A DNA stretch of 64,000 nucleotides from Octopus sinensis (GCF_006345805.1 NC_043012.1:38130001-38194000); one strand, 5' to 3'. Shown: positions 12,962 to 26,104, numbered from the stretch's first letter. Notes: generated from the letters alone by a model not told the origin. Numbers and translations are program-made.

Positions 12962-13205
12962 TGAGGGAGTGCTGAAAAGTTCCTAGCTTTGGATAAAAAA
13001 TATATAGGAGTATCTATCAATTATGATTTCATTCAACATATTTCCCTCTAAGATTCACACACTTATTGCAGCTGTCCTTCAGTTTTACTCAGCCCCTGTG
13101 AAAAAAAACCCCCAAAAACAAACGAACACAAACACTAGGAAGTTTAGATTTCCAACTAGGCCCTTCGCGTCACCTTTAAAGCCAGGAACTTTTCAGCATC
13201 CCTTT
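12962..13205. mobile_element. mariner-derived MITE
   Basis: TIRs gagggagtgctgaaaagttcctagcttt / aaagccaggaacttttcagcatccct (about 28 bp) in TA context. Confidence 0.85.
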
Positions 13206-13610
13206 ATACATCCCCCACGCATAGGTACATATATGTAACAGGGCTACGTGACCAAAATCTCTCTTAGTAGTGGGTTCCATACCCCACTCCCGTATGTAGT
13301 GCACTACGACGCGGGGTGCCAACGTCTCGATAGCCTAATGTGTGTGGAATATGTGCCGATTAAGTACCATAATAAAATAGGAAACATAAAACAAGTATTG
13401 TATTTAATGTTTTATAGGACATACACGTGTTTCAGAAAAAACACGTGTATCTACATAACAGTTGTCGAAACATTATGTAATCACGCACTTAACATCATCA
13501 GTGTTTCTGTATTTTGCTGAAACCCGTTTATGCCCTTTGAAGCTTGTTTTTTTATTATATTCATACGTACGTACATACATCCATACATACGTACATGCAT
13601 GCATACATAT

Positions 13611-14095
13611 GGCTGCCCCCTCGTTATCGAGTATGGCCATTGCACGAAGCTTAACTGTTACTGGTGCTGTGATCGAATGTGACTTTTTAGCCCAGCTAAA
13701 CATCTACAATGTCTTGTACAAAATTGGCAATTAAAACCTTTACTGGTAATAGCCGGCTGTAGTTGTAACTGGGCTTCATGTACCCTTGCATGTCGTTTAA
13801 GTCCTCCTGCCGAATTACACTCTCTTCCACATGCCCGACAGATATGATTAGTATGGTGTGTTACACCACCACCAGTGGCCAGGTTGTCACTCATCTGTCT
13901 CGTTTTATGACAACGAATATGACTCATGAGTCCAGCTTTACTGAGGCACGGTCTTGCAGAGACATTGCATGTCAGAATTAAAGGAAGATCCTTCCCTTCT
14001 GGAAGTGTAACAGCGATGCCCTTCCTGACATCCCTCCTTACTTTCTCATGTGCAACTCGAGATTTCTCAAACGTAGCTGTCCCCTCATGCACAAT
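13611..14095 (-). mobile_element. RTE-clade LINE 3' end with three C2H2 zinc fingers
   Basis: IVHEGTATFEKSRVAHEKVRRDVRK is an RTE-type C-terminus; fingers C..S..C.SKAGLMSHIRCH, C..C..C.SAGGLKRHARVH, C..C..C.CLAGLKSHIRSQH; short 3' UTR ...ACGAGGGGGCAGCC then (ATGT)n tail. Confidence 0.8.
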
Positions 14096-14223
14096 CCATC
14101 CATCCATCCATCCATCCATACATACATACACATCCACGCGCACACACATGCGATGATTTGGAAACGATGACAATTCTGTAAATAATATTTTTATAAGCTT
14201 AAAGCTTATTAAATATTATTAAC

Positions 14224-14277
<54 letters not shown>

Positions 14278-14694
14278 TATATATATTATATATATATATA
14301 TATAAACATATATATATATATAAACATGCATACACATATATAAACGTACATAAACACATGCACATATATGTAAACATTCATACATCTAACAATTCCGTTG
14401 TTGTGATGCTTGCGAAGTGTTTCACATGTGCGAACTAAACCACATCTACATTCACGTTCTATTGGTCATCTGACATACAGCGTCTTAAAGCTCAGCAATA
14501 TAATCTTCACGCCATGAACAGCCTCATCATCAGTGTCAATAGTGTCACCACAGCACGGAACTCTATAATTTTATTATCATCGCCACCATCATTACACCAT
14601 CATGCCATCTAATTTTATTATCACCGTCGTTGCCTCCAACATCAATACAGTACATTAACATCTTCATCACGTTCAACATCGCAACTAAAACATC

Positions 14695-14726
<32 letters not shown>

Positions 14727-14830
14727 CATCATCATCATCATCATCATCATCATTATCATCCTCATTATTCATCATCCTCATTATCATCATCATCTTTGTC
14801 GCCGTCGTTGTCGTCGTCGGCAGCACTAGA

Positions 14831-14997
14831 TAACAACAACAACAACAACATCAAAAAATACCTTAGGAAAGAGAACCCAGGTTCAAAATGTCCCCAAGAC
14901 CTCTGATGAAGGCTGGAGGGTATATCAGCTGAAATACTGTGTTAATAACAAACAAGATGAGGACAAATATCCGTCAAATATAAATAATGTAAATAAT
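14831..14997 (+). mobile_element. 5'-truncated copy of the HHR-tail element (family of 62326-62878) with decayed hammerhead
   Basis: ccttagga.agagaacccaggttc...CTGATGAaggctggagggtatatcagctGAAAtac...gaggacaaatatccgtcaaat nearly matches 62735-62875. Confidence 0.85.
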
Positions 14998-16772
14998 AGA
15001 GTTAATCGAACAAGTGGAGCAGTCATCAGCGAAACTGACTGAAATCCATTTACATTTACTTTAATCCTGCAAGACGTTGATCTCATGAATTATGGGTAGG
15101 ACAAGCTTGGGATTGAACCTATGTAAGCCTTAACCGGAAACAAGAGTCAAGTTTGCAATGATGGACCGGCTTACAATGTTTTTTTGTGTCTGTTGTAATA
15201 ATTCAATGCTTATGTTGACGATTGGGTAAAGGAATTAAATCTTTCGCCTTATTCGATTTATATAGAGTAGTGACCGCAGTGGTTGTTGCTGTATGAGCTG
15301 AGGTCAGTTTCGGCCGAAGGATTAAACATGATCCACAGATATTTTGTTGCAAAAATACCCTGCCTCCACTGAACAGAGAACCGCACTGCACACTCTGAGA
15401 TACAACAATAAACCATTTAAACCAGCATAGGAACTTCTATGAATGAGATCGTGCGACACACTAAAATTAGCAGTCAATTTTAACTTTAAATGTTACCCTA
15501 CCATCTTAAATAGATACGAATATACTGAGTAAAGAAATCCTAAATATGCCAGAAAAGAAGACGGCTGTCCACCGCTTGAACGAGGCATGAAAGCAGATAT
15601 GTGGAGACACACTGAATGAGGTTGAATGGAAAGGAACGATCGACTTTTCAGTTAAGATTCAGTTAGCTGCGCCTCCTGAAATTTCTCAACCCGTAGAAGA
15701 AATATGATAATACAGTAAGGATATAAATCATTTCAGAAAACAACTTTTGATTTATAAATTTTGTCAATGATAGACTGTAGAGATAAAATACACAGAAAAA
15801 AATGTCGGGGGTGGAATAAAGCACAAAAGAAAATTGCGGGGTAGGAGTTGTTCATAAACGGAAATTCACAAACAAGTCGAAAATAAAGACAACAAAAACA
15901 CATTTGTCCAAAAGATATTATTTCTTGCCTTTCATTTCTATTTCCTTTTTCTAGTTTTTATTCCCTTTCATTTCTTTATTAGGTTTTGTTATTTTGAAGA
16001 GCCATTTTCCTGCTTAGTTCCATTGTTGTCCCCTCCCACCCTTATCTCAAAAAGATAAGCTATTCAGACAATTGTTGTTGTTATTGTTCAAGAAGTTATT
16101 TTCTCTTCTTCCCAATTCTTGAACTCATTGACAGAATCAACGTCAGCCGTTGAAGAGAGAAATGCTTTATTAATTTTTTTTTTCTTTATTTAAAAAAATT
16201 TCCTCTTTATATCCGAAACAAAAAGGAAAAGAATGAAATTATTTTATCATCTGGCTATTTCTTTTTTTTTTATATAAAATATCTTCTCCCTCATTTTCTG
16301 ATTTGCTAATAACAATTTCTTCCTGAGATGCGATTACAAAAATTTATAATTGACATAATCAATATTAGAAGAGAGAAAGGAATCTTTTATATTTATTCAA
16401 TTCCCATACTCCTCTTGCACAAATATAAAAGTAGTTTTATCGTCTGATTCTTACAAAATTTGTTCTCCCTCATTAAAAAGCTACTAAGAAAAAGTTCCTC
16501 TTTCAACCAAAACCCCTGAGAAATCTCCAGACATCACTAAACTTATTGAAGGGCAAAATCTTTGAACGTTCTTGATATTTACTTATTTTACCAATATCAG
16601 AGAGATAAAAAAAGTTAACACAATATTCTTATTAAAGTAATATAGAATGTCACTCACAAGAAAAAAAAAGAACGAAGGGTCATGAGACAAAGATGAATAC
16701 TTTTCTGATATTATATACAGTATATATAATGCAACATAAATAATAATAGAGTATAGTTTGTACGAAACATTG

Positions 16773-16802
<30 letters not shown>

Positions 16803-16803
<1 letters not shown>

Positions 16804-16890
16804 ACGGGAAGCTTTATGAAAATAAACAAAAGACGAAGGCAGGTGGAAGACAAACGAACAATTGTATTAGTATGGCGCTCAGGATGTTCT
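16803..16890 (-). mobile_element. PLE-type terminal fragment
   Basis: Reverse complement gagcgccatactaatacaattg...cttcgtcttttg resembles the 22978-23035 tail; abuts (TA)n. Confidence 0.5.
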
Positions 16891-17141
16891 AGATGCTTTT
16901 TTTATAAGAGATAATACAAGTCGATGGTTAGTACGATTATCTTGTATGACAATATTTCATGGTTAGAACCCGCCTCCCACCACACTACAGGAACTCGGAG
17001 AAACGATGTTCAAGAAGTGGTCCTCATCCTAAAATATTGAAACACATGATAAAAGTAAAAATTTGCATTATTTATTAGAACTTGCATTGTTTTCATTTTA
17101 TGAAAAAAATGAATAGAAACACTTATAAGTAACGTGAATGA

Positions 17142-17267
17142 GATATTCCACTATTCCAGCTGAATATTCCACTAAATTAACAGGATATCCCATCAAATTA
17201 GGAAGGTATTCCATTAAATTAACTGGATATTCCTCTAACTTAGCAGGATATTCCACTAAATTTAAAT
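17142..17267. repeat. 21-bp minisatellite, 6 diverged units
   Basis: Consensus gatattccactaaattaacag; units start at 17142, 17163, 17184, 17205, 17226, 17247. Confidence 0.9.
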
Positions 17268-17478
17268 ACAATAGCATTAATACACTACCAAGCACTTGTG
17301 AATATTGCACCAAAAATCAGTGACCGACAAAATATTTTGGTCAACGGCCTCGACATCTGCAAAAATCTCTACATGCAGTAAAATTCCCTTTTATAGCCAA
17401 AGTCACTGGTGCAGGTATTTCTTTTACTGAATTAATTTAGGAATCTGGAAGACAGTGACTATCTTCACACACACACAC

Positions 17479-17554
<76 letters not shown>

Positions 17555-18039
17555 TTATAATATACATGCATACATTACATATATATATATGTGTGTGTGT
17601 GTGTTCGTGTGTATGTGCATGCGTGTGTTTGTGTGTCTATCTATCTTTCTATCAACCTATACATAATTTTATTTGAGGAGCATAGATATATGTTTAAGTG
17701 GAAGTAAAGATAGCTTTTTCTTTGTCTATCTCTTTTACTTCTTGCAGATTTCAGGCAAACTTATACTAATGTGTCCATCTGTTTTAATTTAATTAAATTC
17801 TATGTCTTCGTGCTGCTGAGGCTTGCTCCGCATTTAAATTGATGTAAAGGTTGTATTGTTCAATTAAATGGAGTTGTGTGAAACGATCGTACTGCATTAC
17901 CTCTGGATATCATTGTTGCTTATTTTATTCTAATCCCGTTATTTTGAAATTGTATGGATAATACTGTACTAAATTCTGGTGCCGCAACTTAAGTACCGTA
18001 TTCATCTGAATCTAAATTTTTGCTGAACTCATATACATA

Positions 18040-18145
18040 TGCATATTTGTATACATACATACATACATACATACATACATACATACATACATACATACAT
18101 GCATACATACATACATACATACATATATACATACATACATACATG

Positions 18146-18176
<31 letters not shown>

Positions 18177-18250
18177 TCATACATACATACATACATACAT
18201 ACATACATACATACATACATACAAACATACATGCATACATACATGCATAT
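18040..18250. repeat. (TACA)n microsatellite
   Basis: Direct reading. Confidence 0.95.
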
Positions 18251-18274
18251 ATGTATGAATGTATATATATTATA

Positions 18275-18640
18275 CAATATTGTGTGAAATATACACGAAG
18301 AGAAAACCACCATATGGATTTCATACATGCTAATGATAGGAGTCAAAGCCTAAAACCGGGAAAGAATATTCTTACATTAATTTGCGACTTTATTGATAAG
18401 CTACGGATGATTAAATAATCAATTAATTATCTTATTAGTTGTTTTATTTGGTCAGTAACTGCGAAACTTATCAGTATAAGGTTTGCTATACTTTATTCCT
18501 TCACATATCTTGCTCGAGTACAAATCAGCGTGCTTTAATGTAAGAATATTCCTTCGTGGTTTTAGGCTTTGACTGCAATTTTTAGCATGCAAGAAATCCA
18601 CATGGTGGTTTTCTCTTCGTGTATGTTTCATACACTATTA
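18275..18640. mobile_element. MITE with about 106-bp TIRs and TA flanks (Tc1/mariner-type)
   Basis: 18275-18380 is the diverged reverse complement of 18535-18640 (tacacgaagagaaaaccacca...gtcaaagcctaaaacc...aatattcttacattaa). Confidence 0.85.
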
Positions 18641-18744
18641 TATTTAAAAATATTTCTGTCTTCTGACTCTTATTACGTATGCTAGCAAATTTTTACCCTT
18701 ATAATTATAAAGTACACACAGACTCACCCATATATATATGTCGG

Positions 18745-19020
18745 TGTCTATGTTTGACTTGACAACGCGCGATAATAGTAAAGGAAGGTGGTCCGTCAGG
18801 CAAACGGTGTCCTTCGTTTTCATTTTTCTGTGAAAACGTTTCTGGTCATGGGAAATTATTAGCTTACTTGGAAACAGGTGAAGGTTGGCGACAGGAATGG
18901 CATCTGAGTGACAAAAATCCGCCCCAAGAAGATTTCGTCCGACCCATGGAAACGAAAAACGAGACATTAAAACGGCGACAAAGAATGATGATGACGTTGA
19001 TGATGATGATGATGATGAAG
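18745..19020 (+). mobile_element. SINE family D with (GAT)n tail
   Basis: ggttggcgacaggaatggcatc...gacccatg...aaaacg then gatgatgat tail, a recurrent invertebrate SINE 3' layout. Confidence 0.6.
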
Positions 19021-19758
19021 AAGATGATATATTTATATATACATACATATATATATATATGATTACACACGCAGACGTACATACACATATATACACACAT
19101 TTATACATACATACATATATACATATATAAATATAATACACACACACACACACGAATGAAACGAAAATGAGCAAAAAAAAACTGTAGTTGACCAGTTGCG
19201 TATATTTCAACAATAAACACTAATAATGTTTTACTAGATGCCGTACAAGATAAAATCATGATTTATTAAAATTAGCTCCACTTCCAGGGAAGATAGAACA
19301 ATCGCTTGGTGGTAATTAGAACCGAGTGCAAATGAGAAGGAAAGATAATCGCAAAAATCAAGAATTCTCCATATTGACATATCATTCAAGAAATGGACAG
19401 TCAGATTGTCTGGAGACAAGAAGACATACACATACATATTCTCACATATGTATACAGCTACATACATACATGTATACATACATATATGTACATATACATA
19501 CATACATATATATAAGTATATATATATATATATATATATATATAAGATATATATATATTATTTATATATACATATATATGTACTTAATAACATACATATC
19601 AATCTCTCACTGTACATACACACACCCATATATATATATACCTATATATATACACACCTATATATATATACCTATATACGTATATATATATATATATACA
19701 AACATACACAGACATATATATGCATATATATATATATAAACACTCGTACATACATACT

Positions 19759-19822
<64 letters not shown>

Positions 19823-20249
19823 TATATATATATATGGCCACAGCTCGTGAGCTGAAGCTAGAATCAATCAATCATATATATACACATATATACATATATA
19901 CGTGTATATATATATATGTATGTATATATATATATATGTATATAGATGTATGTTTATTTTTGCGTCCACGCGCACACAGAGTACACGTACAAAAAATACG
20001 CACACACGCAAAAACTGACACTCATATATATGTTTATATCTATGTATGTGCCTATGGAGAGATGTTGTAACCTCATTTTCCATAACCCCACTAAAATCAA
20101 TGGTGCATAACTAATCACCAGCGTGTGATATATTATTGACAATCGCCGCAAAATAACAGATAATAGATTATTTAAGGCTGGAGGTGGCTGGACGGAAAGA
20201 GATGGAGGCAAACGGGACAGAATGGAAACTAACGACCAATGAAATATGT

Positions 20250-20498
20250 CAGTATAATAATAATAATAATAGTAATAATAATAGTAATAATAACAATAAT
20301 GATAATAATAATAATAATAGTAATAATAATAATAATAGTAATAATAGTAATAATAATAATAGTAATAATAATGATAATAATAATAATAATAATAATAGTA
20401 ATGATAATAACGACAATAATAATAATAATAATAATAATAATAGTAATAATAGTAATAGTAATAATAATAATAGTAATAATAATAATAATAATAACAAC

Positions 20499-20530
<32 letters not shown>

Positions 20531-20662
20531 CAACAACAACAATAATGATAATAATAATAATAGTAATAATAATAATAGTAATAATAACAACAACAACAAC
20601 ATAATGATGATAATAATAATAACAACAACAAAATAATGATAATAATAATAATAATAATATAT

Positions 20663-20693
<31 letters not shown>

Positions 20694-20756
20694 TGTAATA
20701 ATAATAATAATAATAATATAATAATAATAATAATATTAATAGTAATAATAATAATA

Positions 20757-20790
<34 letters not shown>

Positions 20791-20910
20791 TACAATAATA
20801 ATAATAATAATAATAATGTTAATAAAAATAATAATAAGAAAAATAAGAATAAGAATAAGAAGGAGAAGAAAAAGAAGCAGAAAAGAAGAAGAAGAAGAAG
20901 AAGAAGAAGG
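20250..20910. repeat. (TAA)n/(CAA)n/(GAA)n compound microsatellite
   Basis: Direct reading. Confidence 0.95.
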
Positions 20911-21013
20911 AAAAAGATGGAGAAGAGGAATAATAATAACATTGATTGACAATATGAGTTATACTATTATATACAAAGAATCCCACAGTCGTGCTTTCAC
21001 GCATTATAATATA

Positions 21014-21108
<95 letters not shown>

Positions 21109-21203
21109 TATGTATATATATATATATATAATATTATATATAATATATATATGTATATATATCATGACACAGATGGAAAATGGAATGCACAAACCTTTAT
21201 TGC

Positions 21204-21309
21204 TCACAACGATCGTTTCGACACATCCTGCATATATCCCTCGCGGGCGGGAAATTATACAACTTGTTTTGCGATGCATACCATGGTGTAGAAGCGTCTC
21301 GTCACGTGA
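21204..21309 (-). ncRNA. degenerate minimal type I hammerhead ribozyme (C3G, 69-nt loop II)
   Basis: Minus strand tcac-GTGACGA-gacgc-N69-gtgtc-GAAA-C-GATC-G-TT-gtga. Confidence 0.5.
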
Positions 21310-21501
21310 TGTAATAAGAGGTATCTCGCTCGGATTTAATACAGCACGTTGTTAGTGACCGTAGGTTTAAGCCGTTGGGCAAGAATGGCGAGGAGCGGAT
21401 TCCGTTCCGTTGCAGTTATACATATATATATATATATATATAATATATATATACACACACATATACACACACACACACACACTGTGTTTATGTATATACA
21501 T

Positions 21502-23035
21502 GTCATTTAATGCATTTCCTGTTCTTTCTGTCTCTCCCTGTATATTAGCGAAACGGGACGCCATCCGGTCGACCAGTTCACTGAGCACATCAGACTCAGC
21601 AGTGACACCTCGGTCTCGCGTCACTCCGCTCAGCCGGTCATTCGCTACAGCATACGTGTCTGTGTTCGGACTGTTTTTACACACGGCTACCGGGATTCTC
21701 GCCTCCACCGCGAACGGAAATTCTTCTCTCTTCATTCCTCCGCTTCCCATGGCTACCTCTTTTCATCTAAACTCAAACCTCACACATATGCCCCCCTCCC
21801 ACACCTCTAACTTTTAACTTCCGCTCCCTTCCACTCTCACCTGTACATCGTTTAACATAGTACCCTCACTACACATACCATTATACAAATATCCATACAC
21901 ACTGTTCAACTCAGTACTCACACTACGCACCATCACGCAGGCACTCACACAGACACAGAGGAACATGAACTCACACACATACAACTTCCAATTCTACACA
22001 CACTAGCACCCAACACCTCCTAGTACCTACGCCATACACTATTATGCACACACCCACACATGCACACTACTACACGAACACCTCTGCACAATTCTGAACT
22101 CCGTACCCACACCACATACTATTATGAACACTCCCACACACACTGACAGACTCCTTCCCACACCACACACACCTCCCAACCCCTAACTCTCGTTACTCCT
22201 ACCCCCCCTCGCACCTCCCTACATTCCCCCACAACACACAGTATTCACTCCTAAAACCATACACAATACACATACACACACACAACACGCATAAGTACAT
22301 ACGACTTCTACACATAGACATACACAATACACACACACACACTAGACGGTACACACTTCGTGCATCAATCCCTACCACACACATACACACACACACACAC
22401 GTGTGCACATGCTCGAACAAAGGCACATTAACTGCAAGACACAAACCTTTGCACACACGCACGTACACACACACACACATACGATAGCCGCACGAACATA
22501 CTATACGCAACCTCGCACACGTATACACACGTCCATACGCGTAGGCGCGCACACAGACATACACACGCACACACACACCCATAAATGCACGAAATGCATC
22601 CCTCCACACAATGCATATGCACTGAGTTACTTACACACACACACACACACACACGCTGCCATACGTACACACAGGCCCACATACTTTTAAGCTCGCCGTC
22701 ACATACCTTCACACACGCTCGTCCCTATTCACACATACACAATCACGCACCATTCATACACACGCACAGGTACTTGCGTACCTTAGTTCAGCCAGGTTGC
22801 CGTTATTAATTCCCCTTCACCACCCTCTTTCTTCCGCTCCTTTCCCAAGTGTTAATCCCTACATATTTTTTTCTATCTTTCCGGTTTTTGTTTTTGTTCT
22901 TTCTCCATTTTTCCCTCTCATCTCTTTCTGTCGGAGAGCGTAGGCTCGAAACGTCATAGATCTTTTCATTCTCCCCGAGCGTCAAACTCCAGCTTGTTGT
23001 TCCCTCTTTGTCTTTTGTCTTCTGTAAACTTTAGC
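21502..23035 (+). mobile_element. Penelope-like element 3' portion: GIY-YIG endonuclease remnant, CA-rich UTR, pLTR-type tail
   Basis: From 21502: VI*CISCSFCLSLYISETGRHPVDQFTEHIR...VSRH...RERK, the PLE CxxC-YIGETGR-EH signature; tail has gagcgtaggctcGAAACGTC. Confidence 0.8.
22923..22960 (+). ncRNA. decayed minimal hammerhead in PLE tail
   Basis: tcttt-CTGTCGGA(mutated core)-gagc gtag gctc-GAAA-CG-TC-ataga; stem II and GUC triplet intact. Confidence 0.45.
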
Positions 23036-23046
23036 TAAATATGTAT

Positions 23047-23217
23047 AGTTGCTGTGTGGTAAGTAGCTTGCTTACGAACCACATGGTTCCAGGTTCAGTC
23101 CCACTGCATGGCACCTTAGGCAAGTGCCTTCTACTATAGCCTCGGGCCGACCAAAGCCTTGTAAGTGGATTTGGTTGGCGGAAACTGAAAGAAGCCCGTC
23201 GTATATATGTATGTACG

Positions 23218-23272
<55 letters not shown>

Positions 23273-23510
23273 ATATATATATATATATGTATGTATATGT
23301 GTATATGTTTGTGTGTCTGTGTTTGTCCCTCCAACACTCAGCATGGCTTATGTTTACGTACCCGCAACTTAGCGGTTCGGTAAAAGAGACCAATAGAATA
23401 AGTACAAGGCTTACAAAGAATAACTCTTGTGGTCGATTTGCTCGACTAAAGGCGGTGCTCCAGCATGACCACACTCAAATGACTGAAACAAGTAAAAGAG
23501 TAAAAAAGTA
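23047..23510 (+). mobile_element. tRNA-derived SINE family B with internal (TA)n(TG)n
   Basis: Head gctgtgtggtaag (A box)...ggttcagtccc (B box), ccttaggcaagtg motif, tail aaaagagtaaaaaagta; several near-identical copies in the window. Confidence 0.9.
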
Positions 23511-23713
23511 TATCCATATACATGTATATGTTGTATTTAAAATTAAAGCTTAGGTAGGTAACTTTAAGGTGTAGTATCCAAAATTTGTTATGGGAATGTA
23601 ATTTATAGTGTGCCTGGAAAACATGTTCAGCGCTTGCAGTTACTAGGCGTCATCCAGGGTCTGCACTTCCGTTGCCGGATGTACGCAAGGAATTCCTCTG
23701 TGCATGTTAGGTG

Positions 23714-23772
23714 TATTCTAAATAATTAACACGGAAGACAGTGTACACCTTCCGTGTTAATCATTTAGAATA
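23714..23772. mobile_element. 59-bp hairpin, probably two fused TIRs of a deleted MITE
   Basis: 24-bp arms tattctaaataattaacacggaag / cttccgtgttaatcatttagaata, 1 mismatch, 11-nt loop. Confidence 0.6.
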
Positions 23773-23800
23773 TGTATATATGTACATATAATGTATATAG

Positions 23801-23919
<119 letters not shown>

Positions 23920-24036
23920 CGCTTCATCTCTGTCTCTCTCAGTCTATATCTCTTTTTCTCTCTCTATGTACTAATATATATGTGTGTGTGTATGTTTATG
24001 TGTGTTTGAAAGAGAAAGAGAGGGAGGGAGAGAGAT

Positions 24037-24077
<41 letters not shown>

Positions 24078-24134
24078 AAGAGATAGATAGATAAAGAGAG
24101 ATAGAGAAATTGATAGAGGGAGAGTTTGTGTGTG

Positions 24135-24168
<34 letters not shown>

Positions 24169-25585
24169 GAGTGCATGTGTTGTTTGTAACGAACAGGAAA
24201 AATCTTCTTAATACATGAAATGGAATATAATTATATTTAAGTGGCTTATGTCTGATATCTTGTGCCGTTTCTCCGATTTATATTATTCATCAATCAACCG
24301 GTCAAATAGCCTGAGCTGATCTATAATGTTTCAGTGTAATGTAGCGTTTCGGCGTTGACCAGGACGAACTTCACCGTTTGAAGGGGTCACGCATTTCACA
24401 AACGTCTCAAGCAATGATACATGGAAGATTGGCTGGGAAAGGTTGGTTGTAAGCAAGAGCATACTATCTATTCTGTTTGAATAAGTTGCTTTTGTGTCTG
24501 TAGCGCACTGCGCCATCGTTTTGCATTGTACAGGAATGACGACTTAGACTCTTATACAATGCAAAGGAAAATAAAACCAAATAATGAATAGATTTAAAGC
24601 GGATTTAACAAGAATATTAAAGGAGTTTGACAAAAAAAAATAATAATAAGCATGAACGTAAAGATGAGCAATGAAGGAGATTACGCGTTAATCATCGAGA
24701 ACTATTTAAAGTGTCGTTACTACTGCAAACTTTAATAAATAAAGCGTTATCGAGAAAAACCTTAATGAATCAAGAACTTATAGGACTATAGGTTCTGTCT
24801 ATCTGAAAAGTTCCAGATATTAAAGCAACTGGAGGTCAGAAAGTTTGTTCAAATGGTATTGTTGTCAGTGCTTTCTTCTGGATAGCTTCCAGACTTAACT
24901 GTCCTAGTTATATGAAATAGCTATCTTCTTTTTAAACAGCGTCGCAGACCAATGGCTCTGGTTGTTAAGAGATTTGAATAAAAAATTTTCAGCTACGGCC
25001 ATTATAGACCGGTGAACTTCAGCTCATGACGCATTCGATCAAGTGATAGTCTCAAGAATGTGTCTGTCTCATGTGATTTGTGAGCATGACTTCATTAACT
25101 AAATACTGTCTGAGTGATCACACATGTGAAACTGAGGGAGTGAGACTCCGTGGAACAAGAGAGCAAACCATCAAATGTTTCCAAATATAAACTATGCAAT
25201 GTTTATTGACTTATGTTACATATATACAATTAGCCTCATGAGTCACCTGACAAAGATCATCCTGAGAATTTTAATCTTATTTGAGAAATGAAACAATTAT
25301 TGGTTAAAATGTTGATTAATTAATAAATTAATTAGTATCCGTTAGAGATATCAGTTTTCTAACTCAATATATTAATAAAGGAATACAACTGTCATCATCA
25401 GTCTTAAACATATTTTGGTCAGTGTATTATATATATATATATGCATATACATACACGTTTGGTGCACGCTCTTACCATCATGTACGTGCATGTGTGTGTT
25501 TACATGTATGTATATGTTTTTATTTCACAAATAAAGCAATAGCTAACAAATGTATATGGAGACTCTCTCTCTTTCTCTGTCTGTC

Positions 25586-25664
<79 letters not shown>

Positions 25665-26027
25665 GATATAGATATGAATCTAATGATTTAAACCGTCGCT
25701 ATTTAGATCTCACGATTTATGTGGTCTTCCATATGATACAATCATTATAGCCACACATACACACACATGCACACACATGTGTGTATGCATAAATACATAT
25801 ACATACATACTCACACATTCATACACATATACAAGTATTCGCGTGATATCTATATACATATATGCACACACACACACTCAGACACACATATTCGTAGTAT
25901 ATATATATATATATATACGTACATATCTATATAGATATAGATATGTATATATATATAACATATATATATATACATGTTTATATATAATATACATGTATAT
26001 ATATATATGTATATGTATATATATATG

Positions 26028-26104
<77 letters not shown>

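Noticed and set aside
13658-14173. Host C2H2 zinc-finger gene
   Set aside because: No TGEKP linkers; an RTE-type upstream motif and retroposon 3' end and tail explain it better
17142-17267. CRISPR-like array
   Set aside because: Contiguous tandem units without unique spacers, in a eukaryotic context with no cas genes
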